Assembly (NCBI GenBank): GCA_038211455.1
Contig: JBBQVP010000001.1
Location: forward strand, 15,593-79,592
Length of the DNA: 64,000 bases
Direction: 5' to 3'
Source: Burkholderiales bacterium
Lineage (GTDB): Bacteria > Pseudomonadota > Gammaproteobacteria > Burkholderiales > SG8-39
Shown: one piece after another, positions 23,172-31,997 of the stretch
How positions within the stretch are numbered: the stretch's first letter is position 1
How the letters are laid out: the number at the start of each line of letters is the position of its first letter
Translations under genes and position numbers: made by a program
Notes under the pieces: model-generated
Told to the model about the DNA's origin: nothing
The model's input: the letters and a program-made list of their open reading frames with translations, nothing else
Database searches by the model: none

Positions 23172-24700
23172 GAGACGGTCTCGGAAACGCCGCCAACGCG
23201 CAGGACCCACCGGTCGACCTGCTGGTCATAGGCGCCGGCATCAACGGCATCGGCATCGCGCGCGATGCGGCCGGCCGCGGACTATCGGTGGTAGTTGCCG
23301 AGAAGGATGATCTCGCCTCGCATACCTCTTCGTGGTCATCCAAGCTGATCCACGGTGGCTTGCGCTACCTCGAGCAGTACGAGTTTCGTCTGGTCGCAGA
23401 ATCACTCGCCGAGCGTGAAGTTCTGCTTTCTATCGCCGGGCACCTGGTCTCACCCATGCGCTTCATCATGCCGCACGTGCCGGAACTGCGCCCGCGCTGG
23501 ATGATCCGCATCGGACTGTTTCTCTACGATCACCTCGGCCGACGCACGCGCTTGCCAGGCTCGCACGGGGTGAACCTATCCATGCCGCCGTATAATGCGG
23601 GCCTCAAGCAATCGCTGCGAAACGGGTTCATCTATTCGGATTGCCGGGTTGACGATGCCCGACTCGTAGTCGCCAACGCGCTCGACGCACGACGGCTTGG
23701 CGCGCGAATTCTCACCCGCACCAAGTGCACTGCGGCGCGGCGCGAAAGCGGCCTGTGGAAGGCACAACTCGACAGCGGCAAAACGGGCACCGTTACCGTT
23801 CGCGCGCGCGCGATCGTAAATGCCGCCGGGCCCTGGGTGAAGGATGTGCTGAATGGCCACCTCCAGCAACCGAGCAACGACAACGTCCGCCTCGTCAAGG
23901 GAAGCCACATCGTGGTGCCGAGGGCCTACGCCGGCGAACATGCATTCATCCTGCAGAATGACGATAAACGTGTTGTCTTCATGATCCCCTACGAGGGCCG
24001 CTTCACGCTGATCGGCACGACCGATGTGGTTGTGGATGGCGATCCCGGGGATCCGCAGGCGAGCGAGGAGGAGGTGGACTATCTTTGCCGTGCCGTCAAT
24101 CGTTACCTCGAAAAACCCATCGGCCCGGAGGACACGGTGTGGCGATATTCGGGGGTGCGTCCCCTGTATGACGACGGGACCAGCGACCCCTCCGCGGTGA
24201 CGCGCGACTATACGCTGCGTGTCGATGACGATGGTGGCGCGGCCGCTGTGCTATCGGTGTTTGGCGGAAAGCTGACGACCTATCGCAGGCTTGCCGAGCA
24301 CGCGCTAGAGAAGCTTGCGCCGTATTTCCCTGGACTCAAACCCGCGTGGACTGCCACGGTTCCCTTGCCGGGGGGGGATTTCGTGGCAGGCCCCGAAGTG
24401 GCGTTCGAAATCCTGCGCAGTCGATACGCGAACATACCCGAGGAGTCACTGCGCGGCTTGTTCCGGCGTCATGGCACGCGGGTCGAGAGAGTGCTGGGTG
24501 AGGCGCACACCGAGGTCGACCTCGGCGAGGACTTCGGCGCGGGACTTTACGCGCGCGAATTGAATTACCTTGTCGCCGAGGAGTGGGCTGGCAGCGTCGA
24601 GGACGTGCTCTGGCGCCGGACCAAGGCCGGACTGCACATGACACCCGCACAGCGTGAGCGGGTTGCGGCGTGGATGGCCGACCGGATCCCCACGGCATGA
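23168..24700 (+). CDS. glpD: FAD-dependent glycerol-3-phosphate dehydrogenase
   Basis: DLLVIGAGINGIGIARDAAGRGLSVVVAEKDDLASHTSSWSSKLIHGGLRYLEQYEFRLV is a GlpD N-terminus. There is an ATGA overlap with ackA. Confidence 0.85.
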   Translation: MRDGLGNAANAQDPPVDLLVIGAGINGIGIARDAAGRGLSVVVAEKDDLASHTSSWSSKLIHGGLRYLEQYEFRLVAESLAEREVLLSIAGHLVSPMRFIMPHVPELRPRWMIRIGLFLYDHLGRRTRLPGSHGVNLSMPPYNAGLKQSLRNGFIYSDCRVDDARLVVANALDARRLGARILTRTKCTAARRESGLWKAQLDSGKTGTVTVRARAIVNAAGPWVKDVLNGHLQQPSNDNVRLVKGSHIVVPRAYAGEHAFILQNDDKRVVFMIPYEGRFTLIGTTDVVVDGDPGDPQASEEEVDYLCRAVNRYLEKPIGPEDTVWRYSGVRPLYDDGTSDPSAVTRDYTLRVDDDGGAAAVLSVFGGKLTTYRRLAEHALEKLAPYFPGLKPAWTATVPLPGGDFVAGPEVAFEILRSRYANIPEESLRGLFRRHGTRVERVLGEAHTEVDLGEDFGAGLYARELNYLVAEEWAGSVEDVLWRRTKAGLHMTPAQRERVAAWMADRIPTA

Positions 24701-25482
24701 TGCGCCCCCTCTCCGAGCTTCCGCGCGCGCGCATACGTGGCTTGTTCTTCGATATAGACGACACCCTCACCACCGAAGGGCGGCTGACCGCCGAAGCCTA
24801 CGCAGCGCTCGAACGCTGGAAATTGGCGGGGCGCCTTGCGATCCCGATCACCGGACGGCCTGCCGGATGGTGCGACCATATCGCGCGCATGTGGCCGGTT
24901 GACGCGGTCGTGGGGGAGAATGGCGCGTTTTACTTCCGGTACAACGAAGCCACGCACCGGCTGGACAAGCGCTTTCGGGACGATGAAAGAGTCCGGACGA
25001 AGAACCGCGCTCGGCTCGGCGCGGTGAGCGAGAGGATTCTGGCCGAAGTCCCGGGCTGTGCGCCAGCCTCCGATCAGCTGTACCGCGAAACCGATCTTGC
25101 GATCGATTTCTGCGAGGATGTCTCCCCGCTGCCTCTCGCAGAGGCTGACCGCATCTCGCAGTTGATGCGCCAGGCCGGCATGACAGCGAAAATCAGCTCG
25201 ATCCACGTGAACGGCTGGTTCGGCGACTACGACAAGCTTGGCATGACCCGCACGTTTGCACAGGAATGCCTGGGGATCGACCTGGATGCTGCAAGGGACA
25301 CGTTTGCATTCGCAGGGGACTCCCCGAACGATGCACCGATGTTTGCGTACTTTCCCAATTCAGTCGGTGTGGCGAACATACGGCGCTTCAGCGCGCGGCT
25401 CACCGCTGAGCCCAAGTATGTGACCCGAAGCGAAGCCGGCGCAGGCTTTGCCGAACTCGTCGCGTACCTGCTGGAGTCCTGA
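24697..25482 (+). CDS. HAD-IIB (Cof-type) family hydrolase/phosphatase
   Basis: LFFDIDDTLT (motif I), ITGRPAGW, and GDSPNDAPMF (motif IV). There is an ATGA overlap with glpD; the ORF-track GTG at 24670 is an alternative start. Confidence 0.8.
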   Translation: MMRPLSELPRARIRGLFFDIDDTLTTEGRLTAEAYAALERWKLAGRLAIPITGRPAGWCDHIARMWPVDAVVGENGAFYFRYNEATHRLDKRFRDDERVRTKNRARLGAVSERILAEVPGCAPASDQLYRETDLAIDFCEDVSPLPLAEADRISQLMRQAGMTAKISSIHVNGWFGDYDKLGMTRTFAQECLGIDLDAARDTFAFAGDSPNDAPMFAYFPNSVGVANIRRFSARLTAEPKYVTRSEAGAGFAELVAYLLES

Positions 25483-25486
25483 GACG

Positions 25487-26293
25487 ATGGATCTGTGGTG
25501 GGCCTACCTTCTAATCGGCGCGGTCGTGGGCTTCATGGCGGGACTTCTGGGCATCGGCGGCGGCATGGTGCTGGTGCCGATACTGCTGTTCTCGTTCCGT
25601 GCACAGGGCGCGGCCGCAGGCTTTCCACCCGAGCACATGATGCATATGGCTCTGGCAACGGCGATGGCGACCATTCCCTTCACTTCGTTGTCGAGCTTGC
25701 GCGCGCATCATGCACGTGGCGGCGTGGACTGGACGATCGTTCTGCGCATGTTGCCCGGGCTCGCGCTTGGCGCTGCCCTGGGAACGCTGGTCGCCGGGAG
25801 CGTACCCGGGCGGCCGCTCGCGATATTTTTCGCCGCCTTCATTTTCTACGCGGCAACGTCGATGTTCTTTGACCTTCGGCCCAAGGGAACGTACGTCCTT
25901 CCCGGACGTGCTGGACTGGCGTTCGTCGGCACCCTCGTCTCGTTCCTCGCGACCTTTCTCGCGGCGGGCGCCGCCTTCATCACCATTCCGTTCATGCTGG
26001 CGTGCAACGTGCCGCTCAAGCGCGCCGTCGGCACGGCGTCGGCGATCGGTTTCCCGCTCGGGTTGGCGGCCACAGTGGGTTACATCCTGGCCGGGCTCGA
26101 GGCGGGCCCGATGCCGCCTTACAGCCTTGGCTTCGTCTACCTGCCCGCGTTGGTGATGATCGTGCTGCCCACCGTGGTGACCGCGCCGCTGGGCGCGCGC
26201 GTGTCGCAGAACATGCCGGTAAAGCGGCTCAGGATGGTGTTTGCATTCACGTTATACCTCATCGCAATTCGCATGATTGTCAGCCTCTGGTGA
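25487..26293 (+). CDS. TauE/SafE (TSUP) family anion permease
   Basis: MDLWWAYLLIGAVVGFMAGLLGIGGGMVLVPILL and a second GxGGG-like repeat half, with about 8 TM segments. Confidence 0.85.
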   Translation: MDLWWAYLLIGAVVGFMAGLLGIGGGMVLVPILLFSFRAQGAAAGFPPEHMMHMALATAMATIPFTSLSSLRAHHARGGVDWTIVLRMLPGLALGAALGTLVAGSVPGRPLAIFFAAFIFYAATSMFFDLRPKGTYVLPGRAGLAFVGTLVSFLATFLAAGAAFITIPFMLACNVPLKRAVGTASAIGFPLGLAATVGYILAGLEAGPMPPYSLGFVYLPALVMIVLPTVVTAPLGARVSQNMPVKRLRMVFAFTLYLIAIRMIVSLW

Positions 26294-26382
26294 TTTCTTG
26301 GAAGAAGAGGGGGCGACTTACTGGGATTCCTGACCGGCATCCTGCAGCACGGTCGAAACATCTGGCCTTGCTGAGGTAAATT

Positions 26383-27675
26383 ATGGCCATGGCACCCAGA
26401 TTCCTTCGCCGGCTGTTTTCCTCACCGAAAGAGCAGCTCGGCGCACTTGCTGAGGCACTACTCTCGGAACGCGGGGAGGCATCCGGAGTGGCCTGCGCAC
26501 GCGAGTTGCTGGACGCGTACGCCTCAGCCGGCGACGAGGTGAGGCGGCAGTTTCTGCAATTGCTGGCTGAACGCTTCGGCGCGGATCCACAGAATGTCGA
26601 GAAAGCGATTGCGGCATATAAGTCCGACCCGGGTCCCGAGGGGGTCAGGCAGTTGCACAATGCGGCGGAGCCACGGCTGCAGGAATTGCTGCGCAGGCTG
26701 AACCTGGCGCCAGGCGGTACCGCGATCCTGGTGCGGATGCGCGAAGACGTGCTGCGCAACATTTCCGGCAATCCCGGCCTATCGAGTATCGATTCCGATT
26801 TCAGGCACCTGTTCGTGTCCTGGTTCAACCGAGGGTTTCTCGTACTCAGGCGCATCGACTGGTCGACGCCGGCCGCCATCCTCGAGAAAGTCATTCGCTA
26901 TGAAGCGGTACACGAGATCAACAGCTGGGATGAACTGCGTGGCCGGCTCGAGCCAATGGATCGCAGGTGCTTCGCGTTTTTCCATCCCACGCTGATCGAC
27001 GATCCGCTGATCTTTGTCGAGGTCGCGCTCACGCGGGACATCCCCAGCGCAATCGCGCCGTTGCTGGGTGTGGCGCAGTCCCCGACCGACCCGAAGCGTG
27101 CCAGGACCGCGGTCTTCTATTCGATCTCGAATTGCCAGAAGGGATTGCAGGGCATCTCGTTCGGCAATTTCCTCATCAAGCAAGTGGTCGACGAACTGCG
27201 TCGCGACCTCCCTGACCTGAAGAATTTTGTGACGCTTTCTCCGGTCCCGGGTTTCGTCGGCTGGCTGCGGCGGGACGGGCAGGCGTGCCTGAATGCCGCG
27301 GAGAGGGCGGCGACCAAGGTCCTGGACCGGCCCGACTGGCACATGGAGGCGGAAACGGAGAAGGCCCTGCAGCCAGTGCTGTCGAGGGCGATCGGAATCT
27401 ACCTGCTCACAGCGAAGCATTCCTCCGGCAAGCCGCGCGATCCGGTGGCGCGCTTCCACCTCAACAACGGGGCGCGCCTTGAGCGGGTCAACTGGCTCGG
27501 CGACGTATCGCCCAAGGGGTTGCGCGAGGGCGCGGGTTTCATGGTGAATTACCTCTATGACTTGGGCGACATAGAAAAGAATCATGAGGACTTCGTTCAT
27601 GAGGGCGTCGTCGCGGCGTCCCGCCAGGTCCGCGGGTTGCAGCGGATACGGCGGCCCGTCGCAGAGAAATCCTGA
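26383..27675 (+). CDS. malonyl-CoA decarboxylase family protein
   Basis: FFHPTLIDDPLIFVEVALT...AVFYSISNCQKGLQGISFGNFLIKQVV...VTLSPVPGF...ARFHLNNGARLERVNWLGD are MCD/MatA family signatures. Confidence 0.85.
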   Translation: MAMAPRFLRRLFSSPKEQLGALAEALLSERGEASGVACARELLDAYASAGDEVRRQFLQLLAERFGADPQNVEKAIAAYKSDPGPEGVRQLHNAAEPRLQELLRRLNLAPGGTAILVRMREDVLRNISGNPGLSSIDSDFRHLFVSWFNRGFLVLRRIDWSTPAAILEKVIRYEAVHEINSWDELRGRLEPMDRRCFAFFHPTLIDDPLIFVEVALTRDIPSAIAPLLGVAQSPTDPKRARTAVFYSISNCQKGLQGISFGNFLIKQVVDELRRDLPDLKNFVTLSPVPGFVGWLRRDGQACLNAAERAATKVLDRPDWHMEAETEKALQPVLSRAIGIYLLTAKHSSGKPRDPVARFHLNNGARLERVNWLGDVSPKGLREGAGFMVNYLYDLGDIEKNHEDFVHEGVVAASRQVRGLQRIRRPVAEKS

Positions 27676-27745
27676 GCACCATCGAGGCAGCGTGCCGGAA
27701 TGGATGGATAATTCCGCACTGACAACACCTCGCAAGGACACATTC

Positions 27746-28969
27746 ATGGCCGGCCCCCTGTCGCATATCCGCGTACTCGACCTTTCCCGCGTGCTCGCTG
27801 GGCCCTGGTGCGGGCAGAACATGGCCGACCTCGGCGCCGAGGTCATCAAGGTCGAGCGCCCCAAGACCGGCGACGATTCGCGTGCCTACGGCCCACCTTG
27901 GGTCAAGGACAAAGACGGCAAGGACACCCGGGATTCGGCCTACTTCACCGCCGCCAACCGCGGCAAGAAATCGGTCTCGCTGAACATCTCCAGGCCAGAA
28001 GGCCAGGCGATCGTGCGTGAACTGGCGAAAGTCTCGGATGTGCTGATCGAGAACTACAAGTTCGGTGACCTCGCGCGCTACGGCCTGGGGTACGACGACC
28101 TCAAAGCGATCAACCCGAAACTGATCTACTGCTCGGTCACGGGGTTCGGCCAGACCGGGCCGTATCGCGAGCACCCGGGCTACGATTTCATGGTGCAGGG
28201 CATGGGCGGGATGATGAGCGTCACCGGTGAGCCCGATGGCGCGCCGGGCGGGGGGCCGCAGCGTGCGGGCGTGCCGGTCGCCGACATCATCACCGGCATG
28301 TACGCCTCGATCGCGATCTGCGCGGCGCTCGCGCATCGCGCCGAGACCGGCGTCGGCCAGCACCTCGATCTCGCGCTGCTCGATTCGCAGATCGCGCTGC
28401 TCGCCTACCAGAACACCAACTACTTCGCGACCGGTACCCCGCCTGGCCGGATCGGCAACCTGCACCCGAACATCGTGCCGTACCAGCCGTTCAAGACCTC
28501 GGATGGCGACATCATCGTCGCCTGCGGTAACGACAACCTGTACCGCAAGTTCTGCGAAGCGATCGGCTGCCTGGAATACGTCGCCGACCCGCGCTTCGCA
28601 AGCAACGGCAAGCGCGTGGAGAATCGGGTCGAGCTGACCCGCCTGCTGCAGGCCGTCATGTCGAAGCGCACCACACGCGAATGGATCGAGGTACTCGAAG
28701 CGGCGGGCGTGGCAAACGGCCCGATCAACACCCTCGCGCAGGTCTACGAGGAACCGCAGGTCAAGGCGCGCGGCATCCGCGTCGAGATGGACCACCCGGT
28801 GGCAGGCAAACTGTCGACGGTGGCCAGCCCGATGCGCTTTTCCGCCACGCCGGTCGAATACAAAATCCCCCCGCCCCTGATCGGAGAGCACACCGATGCG
28901 ATCCTTGGCGGCCTGCTCGGCAAGAGCGCGGCCGAGATCGCCGCGCTGCGCGACGCTGGCATCCTCTAG
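27746..28969 (+). CDS. family III CoA-transferase (CaiB/BaiF type)
   Basis: MAGPLSHIRVLDLSRVLAGPWCGQNMADLGAEVIKVERP...GYDFMVQGMGGMMSVTGEPDG. The ATG at 27704 is an alternative start. Confidence 0.85.
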   Translation: MAGPLSHIRVLDLSRVLAGPWCGQNMADLGAEVIKVERPKTGDDSRAYGPPWVKDKDGKDTRDSAYFTAANRGKKSVSLNISRPEGQAIVRELAKVSDVLIENYKFGDLARYGLGYDDLKAINPKLIYCSVTGFGQTGPYREHPGYDFMVQGMGGMMSVTGEPDGAPGGGPQRAGVPVADIITGMYASIAICAALAHRAETGVGQHLDLALLDSQIALLAYQNTNYFATGTPPGRIGNLHPNIVPYQPFKTSDGDIIVACGNDNLYRKFCEAIGCLEYVADPRFASNGKRVENRVELTRLLQAVMSKRTTREWIEVLEAAGVANGPINTLAQVYEEPQVKARGIRVEMDHPVAGKLSTVASPMRFSATPVEYKIPPPLIGEHTDAILGGLLGKSAAEIAALRDAGIL

Positions 28970-29032
28970 GCTCTTGGCTGCGCGACGCCCGGGGGCCGCG
29001 CCACTTCCGGTCGACGTAAGCCGGCGAAGACC

Positions 29033-29359
29033 CTAGCCGAAGAAAAGCAGGATCAGGTACATCGCGACGGCGCTTGCGATCACGCCGGCCAGCAGGTTCT
29101 TGCGGGTCAGGAATAGGTAGGCGATGAGCGCAATTGCGGTGGCCGCCAGGCGCTGCCAGAGCGCGGTGTGCTCCAGCGCCCCCGAGGGCAGCAGCACGAT
29201 GCGGCTGATGAGCCCGGCCAGTGTGGCAACCGCCACGCAGCCGACCCAGCGGAACAGTTCGCTGTCGGGCGCGATGCGCGCCGACACGGCCGCGCCCACC
29301 CCGCGCCACAGGTAGGTGGCCGCGCCGCAGGCAATCGCGAGCAGGGTGAATTCAGTCAT
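29033..29359 (-). CDS. AzlD-family branched-chain amino acid transport protein
   Basis: A 108-aa hydrophobic protein (MTEFTLLAIACGAATYLWRG...). Its start overlaps the azlC-like stop (ATGA), which is the usual AzlC-AzlD pairing. Confidence 0.75.
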   Translation of the reverse strand: MTEFTLLAIACGAATYLWRGVGAAVSARIAPDSELFRWVGCVAVATLAGLISRIVLLPSGALEHTALWQRLAATAIALIAYLFLTRKNLLAGVIASAVAMYLILLFFG

Positions 29360-30084
29360 GGCGCCCCCTTGCCCGCAGCGTGCCTTCGCCAGGCGCGGTG
29401 GGCCGCATAGGCGAGGGTGCCGCCGACGAGCCCACCCGCCAGCACGCTCCATTGCGGCGCAAACAGGTGCACGAGCGGCCCCGTCACCGCGCCCAGCACA
29501 AGGGCCGCCCATCCCTGCGCTTCATTGGTCGAACCGGCCAGCAAAAGCAGGAAGTACATCGGGCTCATGAACACCAGCGCAAGCTTGGCCAGAGGCGGCA
29601 GCAGGTCGCCGGCAAGGTATCCCAGGGCGGTCGCCGCGCTGGCCGCGAGAAGCAGCGTGAAGGTGAAGCCGAAGAAGTAGCCCGGCCGGCGCTCCGGCGG
29701 CATCGCCGGGAAGCGCGCCATCGACCAGGCCCACGCGGTCATCGTGACCATCTGTGCTGCGAGATAGATTTGCCACGGCCGGCAGCGCGCCTCGCGCAGC
29801 AGCGGCATGAACACCACCGACATGGGCAGGAAGCGTGCCCCCGAGAGCATCACGGTGAGCAGTACCGCGTAGAACGGCGCGCCCAGTGTATGCATCTCGA
29901 CCAGGATCAGCTGGCCTGGCAGGGCCCAGATCAAGAGCGTCGAGAGCATGGTGCCCGCAAACGACAGCCCGTGCCCCGCGGCCAGCGCGCCCAGGCCCAT
30001 GTAGCCCGCGACGATCACCATCGCGGGGATGCCCGCCGCATGCAGCATGCCTTCGCGCGCCGCGCTGTGCTTTTGGTCGGGCAT
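29356..30084 (-). CDS. AzlC-family branched-chain amino acid permease component
   Basis: ...TLLIWALPGQLILVEM...LSGARFLPMSVVFMPLL... is an AzlC-like membrane protein. Confidence 0.8.
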   Translation of the reverse strand: MPDQKHSAAREGMLHAAGIPAMVIVAGYMGLGALAAGHGLSFAGTMLSTLLIWALPGQLILVEMHTLGAPFYAVLLTVMLSGARFLPMSVVFMPLLREARCRPWQIYLAAQMVTMTAWAWSMARFPAMPPERRPGYFFGFTFTLLLAASAATALGYLAGDLLPPLAKLALVFMSPMYFLLLLAGSTNEAQGWAALVLGAVTGPLVHLFAPQWSVLAGGLVGGTLAYAAHRAWRRHAAGKGAP

Positions 30085-30100
30085 CTGGGCCTGCGTAATC

Positions 30101-31093
30101 CTAGTTATCGATCTTCGCGCCCGAGTCCTTCACGACCTTGGCCCATTTGACGATTTCGCTGCGCACGAGTTTCTCCATCTCGAGCGGCGGCATCCCGCCG
30201 GCGGTCGCGCCCTGCTCGGCCCAGAGTTTCTTCAGGTCGGGATGGTTCATCGCCTTGACGGTTTCCTGGTAGAGCTTTTCCTTGATTTCCGGGCGCGTGC
30301 CCTTCAGTACCCAGATGCCGTACCAGGTGCGCACCTCGTAGCCGGGCACGCCGGCCTCCATCACGGTGGGCACGGCCGGCAGGACCGGGTTGCGCTCGGC
30401 GCTGGTGACCGCGAGACCGCGCAGTTTGCCACCCTTGATCTGCGCCGATGAGGTGCCCATGCCGTCGAACGCAAGGTCCACCTGTCCGGCAAGCAGGTCG
30501 ATCATCATCGGCCCTGCCCCGCGATAGGGGATGTGCGTCATGAACGTGCCGGTCATGGTCTTGAACAGTTCCACCGCAAGGTGATGGGTGGTGCCGCTGC
30601 CGGCCGAGCCATAGTTCAGCTTGCCCGGATTGACCTTCGCGTAAGCGATCAGGTCCTTGAGCGTCTTGAAGTCGTGCTTGGGATGGACGGACACCACGTT
30701 GGGTATGAAGGCCGCAACGGTGACGGGTTCGAAGTCCTTTTCCAGGCCGTACGGCAGTTTCGTGTACAGGCTCTCGGCAATGGTGTGATGGACCGCGCCA
30801 AAGAACAGGTTGTAGCCGTCCGGCGCGCGCTTGGCGACGTTGGCCGCGCCGACGGTGCCGCCGGCACCGCCCTGGTTTTCGATGATGAACTGCTGGCCGA
30901 GTTGCTGTGAAAGCTTTGCGGCGATCGGTCGGGCAAAGGTGTCGGTGCCGCCACCCGCCGGGAAGGGGTTGACGAAGGTGACCGGCTTGGTCGGCCAGGC
31001 CTGGGCTTGCGCGGTTGGTGCAATGACTGCAAGCGACAGGCCGGTGGCGATGAGGGTCGCGGCAAGAGGCTTCTTCAATACGATGTGGTGCAC
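30101..31093 (-). CDS. Bug/TctC-family tripartite tricarboxylate transporter substrate-binding protein
   Basis: Signal peptide followed by WPTKPVTFVNPFPAGGGTDTFARPIA...NYGSAGSGTTHHLAVELF, the Bug family signature. The GTG start at 31093 is preceded by AGGAGA. Confidence 0.9.
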   Translation of the reverse strand: MHHIVLKKPLAATLIATGLSLAVIAPTAQAQAWPTKPVTFVNPFPAGGGTDTFARPIAAKLSQQLGQQFIIENQGGAGGTVGAANVAKRAPDGYNLFFGAVHHTIAESLYTKLPYGLEKDFEPVTVAAFIPNVVSVHPKHDFKTLKDLIAYAKVNPGKLNYGSAGSGTTHHLAVELFKTMTGTFMTHIPYRGAGPMMIDLLAGQVDLAFDGMGTSSAQIKGGKLRGLAVTSAERNPVLPAVPTVMEAGVPGYEVRTWYGIWVLKGTRPEIKEKLYQETVKAMNHPDLKKLWAEQGATAGGMPPLEMEKLVRSEIVKWAKVVKDSGAKIDN

Positions 31094-31211
31094 GTCTTCT
31101 CCTGGGGTGTTTGGCTGATCTTGGGTCGGCTGTTCGCCCCCGGCAGGCTGCCGGGGCGCGGAATGGTATCAGAGGGTGCGGCCCTGGTTGAGCGCGGGTA
31201 TCGGCCTGCGC

Positions 31212-31997
31212 TCAGCGACCTGAAAAATGCGGTTTCTGCTTGGCCAGGAACGCGCTGAACCCGGTGCGGTAGTCCTCGGTGTCGAAGCACGCATAGCCTT
31301 CGTCGCGCTCCGATTCGGTGAGCGGGCGCGGGTCGGCCAGGCGCCGCGCGAATTTCTTGTGCCAGCGCGCGACCAGCGGTGCGCCGGCGGCGATGCGCCG
31401 CGCGGTGGCGAGCGACTCTTCCTCGACCTTTTCGTCGGCCACGACGCGGGTCACGAGGCCCTTGTGTTTCGCCTCTGCAGCGCCGAACACGCGCCCCTCG
31501 AGCAGTATCTCGAGTGCGGTGGCGCGGCCGACGAGGTCGATCAGTGCGTCCATCTCGGCATAGGCCACGACCAGGCCGAGCTTGTTGATCGGGATGCCGA
31601 AGCGGCTCGATTCGCCGCAGATGCGCAGGTCGCACTGCGAGGCGACTTCCAACCCGCCGCCCACGCAGACGCCGTGGATCATCGCGAGCGTCGGGTGCCG
31701 GCATTCGTGTACCGCACGCATCGCGGTGTCGATCTTGTCGCCGTATTCCTTGGCGACGCGCGCATTGGTGCGCGTGGTTTCGAACTCGGAAATGTCGGCG
31801 CCGGCGGCGAAGGCTTTCTCGCCCGCGCCGCGCAGCACGACCGCGCGCAGGCTCGCGTCGGCGTCCAGCTCGCGCATGAGTTCGCCCAGCCGCATCCACA
31901 TGGCGAACGACATCGCGTTCATCTTCGCGGGATTGTTCAGCGTTACTGTGGCGATGTCGCCGTCGCGCGTGCAGAACACCGGATCGGACACGCTCAT
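31212..31997 (-). CDS. enoyl-CoA hydratase/isomerase (crotonase) family protein
   Basis: ATVTLNNPAKMNAMS...VVLRGAGEKAFAAGADISEF...IHGVCVGGGLEVASQCDLRI. Confidence 0.9.
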   Translation of the reverse strand: MSVSDPVFCTRDGDIATVTLNNPAKMNAMSFAMWMRLGELMRELDADASLRAVVLRGAGEKAFAAGADISEFETTRTNARVAKEYGDKIDTAMRAVHECRHPTLAMIHGVCVGGGLEVASQCDLRICGESSRFGIPINKLGLVVAYAEMDALIDLVGRATALEILLEGRVFGAAEAKHKGLVTRVVADEKVEEESLATARRIAAGAPLVARWHKKFARRLADPRPLTESERDEGYACFDTEDYRTGFSAFLAKQKPHFSGR

